From the IMG/VR virus record IMGVR_UViG_3300042475_005524, positions 1 through 53,368 of that record: a stretch of 53,368 nt of DNA; one strand, written 5' to 3'. A model generated the notes under the pieces. The model did no database searches. It was not told the origin of the DNA and was given only the letters and a program-made list of their open reading frames with translations. Positions 18,659 to 26,600 of this stretch are shown in pieces. Each line of letters begins with the position of its first letter. Position 1 is the stretch's first letter. The position numbers and the translations under genes were made by a program. Source of the DNA: a virus (taxonomy: Duplodnaviria; Caudoviricetes).

Positions 18659-18955
18659 ATGACGGGCAAGGACTATTTAAATGACAGGGTAAAGGTTAAT
18701 ACTTCTGATCTTTTCAAGCGTATGCTTGGGGTATTGGAGGATATTAAGCACGAACACGACCGACAATTCGGGATTTTATACTCTTCTGCACCCGATTCCT
18801 TTAAGCCAGTGGTCAAACAAGCTAACTATCTTGACGAAAGTCAGATGGCTTGGCTCAGAAAAAAAGTGCTGGATATGGGCAATGAATCTATCCGCAAAAT
18901 GACAACTGAAATGGATTTAATCCGCATTGAATTTCATCATACATTTAAACAATGA
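18659..18955 (+). CDS. Hypothetical protein
   Basis: Clean 98-aa ORF, divergent from the neck module, with ATGA overlap to the next gene. Confidence 0.65.
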   Translation: MTGKDYLNDRVKVNTSDLFKRMLGVLEDIKHEHDRQFGILYSSAPDSFKPVVKQANYLDESQMAWLRKKVLDMGNESIRKMTTEMDLIRIEFHHTFKQ

Positions 18956-19683
18956 AAGAACTATTCGACTTCACGGTCAAAATTAACAAAGAAGTAGAGA
19001 AGACCGAAACTCGCGAAGAGGACGGCAAGACCATCACTGTTACTAGCAAGGTAAAGGAGGATGTGCCTGTTCGTATCGTTTTCAAGCAGCCTTCTCGCCG
19101 CGACACTGAGGAGGCCGAAATTCAATTTAGCGTTGAAATGTCAAACTGCATCAAGAAGGGTATTTTGACAAAGGGAATGTTGGTTAAGAAGTACTCTGAT
19201 ACAGGCGGCATTTTTTCAGAGGATGACGATAAGCGTTTAACAGCAATGTATATTGATATGGCTAAGCTTCAGAGAGAGTATGTTGCCCTCGAAAATGGTA
19301 ACGCTGAGGAAAAGCAAAAGGCGAATATCGTCTTGGAAAAGCTCGCCGCTACAAGAAAGGAAATGGTCGATCTTGAGTCTACCTATCTTAATCTGTTTAA
19401 TAACACAGCGGATATTATCGCCCAAAATAATATCATCCGCTGGTTCTGCGTTAACCTCGCTTATAAGCAGGAAGAGAGCGGCAAGATTGAGCCGCTGTTC
19501 TTTGGCTCAACCTATGAGCAAAAGCTCGATAATATGAGAGATCTTGATGAGGCAGAAGATCCTCTGTATCAAGCAGCTTTTAGAAAGCTAGCTACATTTG
19601 TTTCTTTCTGGTACTTCAGCAAGAATGCCACAAAGGACGACTTTAAGAAGCTAGAGAAAGACCTTGAAGAAGGAAAGTATTAA
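18952..19683 (+). CDS. Putative tail assembly chaperone
   Basis: Charged helical protein two genes upstream of the TMP; synteny. Confidence 0.45.
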   Translation: MKELFDFTVKINKEVEKTETREEDGKTITVTSKVKEDVPVRIVFKQPSRRDTEEAEIQFSVEMSNCIKKGILTKGMLVKKYSDTGGIFSEDDDKRLTAMYIDMAKLQREYVALENGNAEEKQKANIVLEKLAATRKEMVDLESTYLNLFNNTADIIAQNNIIRWFCVNLAYKQEESGKIEPLFFGSTYEQKLDNMRDLDEAEDPLYQAAFRKLATFVSFWYFSKNATKDDFKKLEKDLEEGKY

Positions 19684-20653
19684 CGATACTGATTTATTCT
19701 TGGCGTTCTGCCAGATAGTTGAGGGTTGCTCTGAGAAGATCTTCTTGGGCAACCCTGTTTTTATTAAGCATATCGCTATTAAAGAGCGTGAGTTTTTTAA
19801 TAAAAAATATAAAACCTATCTCGCGCACGCTATATCAAAAGGGTTACCTAAAGAGGAGGATGCGCTAAAAAAAGCGATAGATGAAGAGCTTTGGTCAGAA
19901 AAAGAAGATGATGATATTAGGGTTTCGGAGAGGTATATTGAAACTCTTAACATAACAAAAAAGAAAGTATTTAAAAAGCTCCAGATTCAAGAAATTGAAA
20001 AAACCTTGAAAGAAGAGAAGGAAAAGATTGCAAAGAAGCTTGCAGAAAAAAAGCAGATTTTAGGGAAAACTGCTGAAGACTATGCATCAAACAGAGCTAG
20101 CGACTATTTGATATACAGCTGCTTTTACAAAGACCGTGAATTGACTAAACTGTTGTTTTCCGAGGAAGAATTTGAAGAGATATCAACTAAAGAATTAGAA
20201 GAGTGTATTCTAGTATATAATAGTTATTTTAACGACATTTCTGACTTAACTATCCAGCATATAGCGCTTTCTGACTTTTTTCAGCCAAATTATCTTGTTC
20301 TGGACTATCCTAACGAGCTTTTTGGTAAACCGATGGTAAAACTTTCGGAAAATCAGGTAAGATTATTAATTTATTCCAAAATATTTAAAAATATATTTGA
20401 GACTATTGAGCACATTCCTGATGGAATTAAGAAAGATCCAGAGGCTCTATTGCAATACAAGGACAAGAGTCAGGCTCAAAAAGAGTTCGAAAGCAAGACT
20501 AGAAGCAAAAAAAAGGGTAATGTCGAGGGCGCCGAAATGGTTTTTGGAGCTACAAAGGAAGAGATTGGCAAAGATACTAAAACATTAAAGGATGTCATGA
20601 AAGATAAAACATCTCTTTCAATGGAAGACTTGATGAAATTGCACGATCAATAA
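19664..20653 (+). CDS. Putative tail assembly chaperone 2 (TTG start)
   Basis: Helical K/E-rich ORF directly upstream of the TMP; 20-bp overlap with the previous gene. Confidence 0.45.
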   Translation: MKKESINDTDLFLAFCQIVEGCSEKIFLGNPVFIKHIAIKEREFFNKKYKTYLAHAISKGLPKEEDALKKAIDEELWSEKEDDDIRVSERYIETLNITKKKVFKKLQIQEIEKTLKEEKEKIAKKLAEKKQILGKTAEDYASNRASDYLIYSCFYKDRELTKLLFSEEEFEEISTKELEECILVYNSYFNDISDLTIQHIALSDFFQPNYLVLDYPNELFGKPMVKLSENQVRLLIYSKIFKNIFETIEHIPDGIKKDPEALLQYKDKSQAQKEFESKTRSKKKGNVEGAEMVFGATKEEIGKDTKTLKDVMKDKTSLSMEDLMKLHDQ

Positions 20654-20663
20654 TATAAATTCT

Positions 20664-20673
20664 GTGTAAATAA
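20664..20673 (+). promoter_or_regulatory. RTGTAAA candidate late-promoter motif
   Basis: GTGTAAATAA; 25 nt before the TMP ATG. Confidence 0.55.
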
Positions 20674-20689
20674 CCTCAAAGGTTAAAGG

Positions 20690-23600
20690 ATGGCAAAAGG
20701 AATCACAGTACCTGTAGTCCAGTCGGGTTTAGAAGCTTCTATCGAAGCAGCTGCCAAGAAAGCTGGGCCGCTGAACCTTTCTGCTACAGTCGATCCTAGC
20801 TCATTCAAAAGACTTTCCCAACCGCTCGGAAGAGTAAGTGGTTTGGCTACAGAGTTTGAAAAGTCCATTGCCGCCTCAAATGCGCGCGTTATCGCATTCG
20901 GCGCTTCGGTAGGAATTATCAACGGTGTGCAAAATGCTTTTGCGTCGCTTGTTAAGACGACAATAGAGGTTGAAAAGAGCCTAGCAAATATTGCAGTGAT
21001 CAGCGGCAAAACTACTGACCAGCTTCAGCCGTTTTCAAGAGCGCTTTTTGAAATCGCAAAGAATACCGCTCAATCGTTTCAGACTGCGTCTGAAGCTGCT
21101 TTAGAGTTTTCTAGACAAGGTTTAAGCCTTGAAGAGACGTTAAAGAGAACCCAAGACGCTCTTACTCTTACTCGTTTTACAAGCTTGAGTGCTGCTGAGG
21201 CGGTAGATGTATTGACTGCTGCGGCAAACTCTTTCGGCGCAACTGGAATCACGACTAGCGAAATTCTTAATAAACTCGTTGCGGTTGACACCAAGTTCGC
21301 AGTTTCCGCCGAAGACTTAGCCAAGGGCTTGTCCCGTGCAGGGTCGATTGCTCAGGAAGTTGGAGTTAACTTTGACGAGTTAAATGCTATCGTCACCATT
21401 GCGCAAGAAAGAACTGCTCGCGGTGGCGCGGTTATCGGTAACGCTTTCAAGACAATCTTTAGTAGAATTAGATCGGAGGAAACGATCCAAGCCCTACAAA
21501 GCATTGGTATTTACTCATTTGATGCGGAAGGAAGATTGAAACCAGTTGTAAGTCTTCTTGAAGAATTAGCTGGAAAAATTAATACTCTTGACGAAACAAA
21601 GAAAATTGAAGTTCTTGAGGCTATCGCTAGCAAGTACAACATCAACGTCTTAACGGCGCTTGTTGATGATTTGAGTTCGACCGCTAGTAAATTTAGAGAG
21701 GCTAGAGATGTTTCTTCTGGCGCGCAAAGCGAAGCATATCAGCGCCAGATTGAACTTAATAAAACTCTTGACGCAGTTATCAGCAGAGTGACAAACTCTG
21801 CGGCTCAACTTGCTGACACTCTTGGCAAAATCGGCGTAACTGACAGCTTAAAGTCACTTTTAAATTTCTTTGATAGTATTCTTACTGGAATTAATGACGT
21901 TGTTGATTCCGAGGGAATTGGTGGCACTATCGCCAAGGGTCTAATATCTGGAATCAGCGGGGTATTTTTCAAGATTGGTATCCCTCTTCTTTTAGCCATA
22001 TTTGTCAAGTTAACAAAAGATATCGCGCAGTTTGGCACTGAATCGCTAAAAACTATCTTAGGAATCAATAAAGAAGTTAGAGAGCGCCAAGCTTTGGAAC
22101 AGGCTGTTGTTAATACTTTGATTAAAGATCAGCAAGTAATGGCATCGATCTTGTCTCTTAGCGGAGACCGTAGGAAGCAGGAGGAATATTTACTTGGCGT
22201 ATATAACCGGCAGCTTGCGGCACTTCAACAGGTTCAGAGTATTGCCTCGACAGTCGCTCCTGCGTTGCAAGCCGCTGGATTGAGCGCTACATCTGGAACA
22301 GTTAAAAAGAGGGCGGCAGAGGGTTATTTGCCAGCGCAAGAAGCTGCTGACGTAAGGCGCGGAGTTGGTGGTGCAGACAAGAGCGCAAAAGTAGTCAAGA
22401 TTCCAAACTTTTCTTTTGGAGACGGCAAGAAAGGCACAATGTACGCAAATACAAGCGAATACATTGTTCCTAATTATAACGGAGGCGATGGAAGTGCTAT
22501 CTTTAATAAAGATATGGTTCGCAAGTATGGAATGCCAGAAAATGCTAAAAAGATAAATGCGGCAACTGGATATATTCCTAATTTTGTAGAAGAATCTCCC
22601 AAGTACTCAACAGCAAAAGAAAAGGAATTAGCTAAGAAAAAGGAAAGAAGAGAGAATTACAATAATAGAGTCGCTTCTTCTTTTGGTATAGCAGCCCTTT
22701 TAGTAAAAAGTGAAGCTGAACAAAGGGAAGTCGAATCAGAAACTGCTTATGGCAAGATGCCAAAAACAGATGCTAATTTTAATCAATTTTCAAGAGTAAA
22801 GTTTCCAGTTTATGGGTTAAAGCAGTCAGGTTTAGATCAAGCAAAGCTTGGGCTTTTACCAGAAATAGAAGAGCCTTTACGACGGGCTGCTTTTGATGTT
22901 GGTCTAGCAGCTTCTTCTCAAATTTCTGGAAGACAAGTTGCTCCTGAAGAGTATAAAACTTCATTTAAAAAATCGCTCGGTGGCGCTGGAGCTTTTGGCG
23001 GAACAATTGGATCAATTTTTGAATCTGCTGCCAGAACTGCATTTAAATTCGAAAATAGCCCAGACAATACTTTAGACGTTCCAGTGGTTTCAGATTCAGT
23101 ACGAACTGCATTTGGAATAACTGGAGGAGAAAGAAGTGCGGATCTTAAGGGATCTGTTAGCGATGGAGTTTTAAGAAGATTCGCAGATCAAGTAATAAAT
23201 AACGGCCTAATTAGAGACGAGACTCCTAACGTTAAGCAGGCGATAGCCTCAAAAGGCTATATTCCAAATTTTGCTAAAGAAAAAGGAATTGGAGGTTTAG
23301 CTGGAAAGGTTATAGAGATTTTAGCTGGAAGAGTTTTTGAATCTTTAGTAAAAGATTCAGATACAGTTGATCTTTATGAAAATGCAGCTAGACCAGACAT
23401 TGATCTAAACCCAGAAGAAAGGTCAAAAGAGATAAAATTATCTTTGGATGCAGCCGCAAAAGATGATCGCGTAGGTAAAAAAGTAAGTCAAGGAGGAAAA
23501 GGTTTTACGGTAGTAGTCCCACAAAATGCTCAAAATGAGCCATCTGCTGTTAAAAAATTACAAGATAAAAAAGTAAAAATACAAAGGTGGCCCATACGAA

Positions 23601-26600
23601 GAGAAAAAGCTTTTGAAGGCGCTAGAAAGCTATTAGAAATATATGAAAATGTAGATAGAAGTAAAATTGGCAATCCGTTACCATTACCAGGCAAACAAAA
23701 AGGCAAACGAAATGATGTCACGGCAGTAAAAGGCTATATCCCAAATTATGCTGAAACGCTTTCTGAAATGTATGATTGGGATGGTACGATCATTCCCAGA
23801 ATGGCCGGTAAGCCAGAAGAATATATCCAATCTCTTCAAAAGTTAGAAAAGAAAGATCTTTTACCCATTGGTAAAGAGCTAGCGTCTTCAAAAGAAAAAT
23901 TTGATATTGCGACCGCCAGACCGATTCTATTTAGAGAGCCGATTAAACAGACGGCTCAAAGACTTGGCCTTAATGTTGAAAGAATTTTTCCATTAGGTTC
24001 AATGTTTGAAAACCGTAGAACCATGGGCGTCAAGGGAAAACCAAGAAAGCTTTATGGCCCAGAAAGAAAAGCTTTGTTTGCTGAAAAAACTAATAGATCA
24101 ATCGTTGATAATCAAGAAGATGTTTTAGCCGCTTTAGGAAGTCGCGGCATTGATGCGAATTTAAGAAATCGCGGCGCTTTTGGGTTTATTCCAAATTTTG
24201 CTTCTCAAAACGCAATAGACGCGATGAGAAGAATCATCTCAGACCCTGCGGCTCCACAAGGAGAAAAAGATGCAGCGTCGTTAAAACTTTCTCAACTTAC
24301 AAAAGTAAGTTCATTAAATAATCCAAGAGTTGCGGCGCAAAAGACCACAAAAATAAAGGTTCCGATAACCCAAGAAGACAAGGACTATCTTAATCAGAAC
24401 AAAGAAAAAATTGTCGCAGGAATGGGCAGAAGTTTTGGAATGCTGTTTAATTTAGATGCTTTGGAGATGGGGGATTTAGGCTACGTAAAACGTTTAGATC
24501 CAATAGTTGCGAAAAAATTGTCGGAAATAGCGCAAAAACAAGGTGGCAGAGATTCTATCAGATCTTTGGTTGATTTCGGATCTGCGGCGCGAGGATATAT
24601 TCCAAACTTTGCCGAAAATGAGCCGCTGAAAGAAGCTATTAGTAGAGAGATGGGTGCGGGCGTGCCTGCCGCGCGCGTGCGCGTGACGCAGGACGGTAGA
24701 CTAAAGAACCCCAAGAACCCAAATGGTCTTGCCGTCATCAATACTAGAGACGAGCCAAATGGTAAGATTCCAAATGATTTTAGAGAAAGAGGCATGCGCG
24801 CCGCTATGGCGAGTAGAGGCTTTGTACCGAATTTTGCAGATGAAGATACTAGTATTAATGTTGGGGGCGTTTTTGGTATGGGCTCTAACAAGGTAGATTT
24901 AAGCGGAATTCAAACAGCAACAACAGAGCTTCTTGCAAAATTAAAAAATTCAACTATAGAGTCTGATCAGTTTAATACTGAACTAGAGTCTTTAACAAGA
25001 GCTTTTAATGACTTAAAAACCAAAGCACTTAAAGACTTAAAAAACAAAACAGAAAATGCTGGTGATGCTACTAAAAAATATTCGGATGCTGTACAACAAA
25101 AAGCAAAAGCTATTCAGGCTCAAAAGACTGCGCCGACAACAGGTGGAGGCGCAACAGGTGGAGACGTAGCAGGCCGAGGAAAAGGTCTAGATATTGGTAA
25201 ATTTCTTGTTTTACAAACGGCAGTAGTTGGTTTAACTTCCGCGATTCAATCTGCAACTGAGCAAGGAAGCGCTGCTGCTAATGCATTGGAAGGTATTTCT
25301 GCGATTGGATCGGGACTTGCGACCTTTGTCGCCATAGGAACAAGTCTTTCTCCTCAGTTTAGGATATTAGCTGCCGCTGCCACTGCTTTAGCATCCGCTT
25401 TCCCGCTTTTATCAAGACTTTACGAAGACTTTAAAGATCCAGCGCAAAGAGCAGCGGAAGCGCTTTCCAAACTTGCTAAAGAAGCAGAAAAAACAGGAAG
25501 AAAGATAAGTCCAGAAGAATTTTTGGCTATTTTTGAAGAGCAGGATAAAATTAAAAAAGCAGAAGAAAAGAAAAAAAGCGCGACACAGCAAATTCAGGAA
25601 TCTTTAAGTAAACAAGGCTTAGGGGCTGGCACGGAAACATTACAGCAGCTTTATGCAATAGCAAATACTTTAGACCTTATAAGTAAAGACGGGATTGTGC
25701 AACAAGCAGAGTTGCAAAAAATTATAAGAACTTCACAAAAAGCTCTACCTGTCAGGGGTGGAGCCCCTGGTTTAGGTTTTGTAAGTACAGAAACTGGTAT
25801 CGATATTGGTGCTACGATACAAAGTGCAAGAGAAAAAGTAACTGAAAAACGTTTGGCCGACGCAAGAAAACCGCAAACAGAAGATCGTACAGTTAAAACT
25901 GTAAAAGCTGAAAATGAATTGTTGAAAATAAAATTTGATATTTTAAATAGTATTGTAAAAAAAGAACTAGAAATTAATAATGTTTATGCCAACAGGATAA
26001 GAAGTATTAATAGCGAAAACACTGCTTTAGAAAGATCTAAAACAATTTTACTCGAAACAAAATTTTCAGAATTACAAGCTTCTCAAGAAAGACGGAAAAT
26101 TAGAGCAGAAGAAGCTAAGGCGATAAGCGAAAATGCAAATAATTTAAGATCTTCTTTGGCTGGATTGCAAGACCAAGGGTTGGGAAATATATTTGGAGAG
26201 GCAGACACTGGAAAACTGCAAGGCTTATTAGAGGCTTTTAAAACAGGAGGAGTTGGGTCAGAAGCATTTGGAAAGGCTTTTCAAGCTGCTACGGCTCGCG
26301 TTGGACAGGATGGAAAGCCTATAGCTGGCACCAATATAGCGCAGCTTTCTTCTGCAACTCAGCAGGATGTTTATAAAAATTTAAATGAAGCTGCGAACAA
26401 TGAAGCTAGAGCAAGAAATAATGCAGTTAACAGAGTAAGAGATATAGATCAAGCTCAAAAAGATTTTCAATCTTCAACCCAGCTTTTAATAAATGAAACA
26501 AATTTATTAAATGCTATAATTTCTGGAACTCCTGTTTTAGTTGGAAAATTAAATCAAACTTTTTCAGGCGCAGCAAAGTACGAAGAGATCCTTGGAGGCG

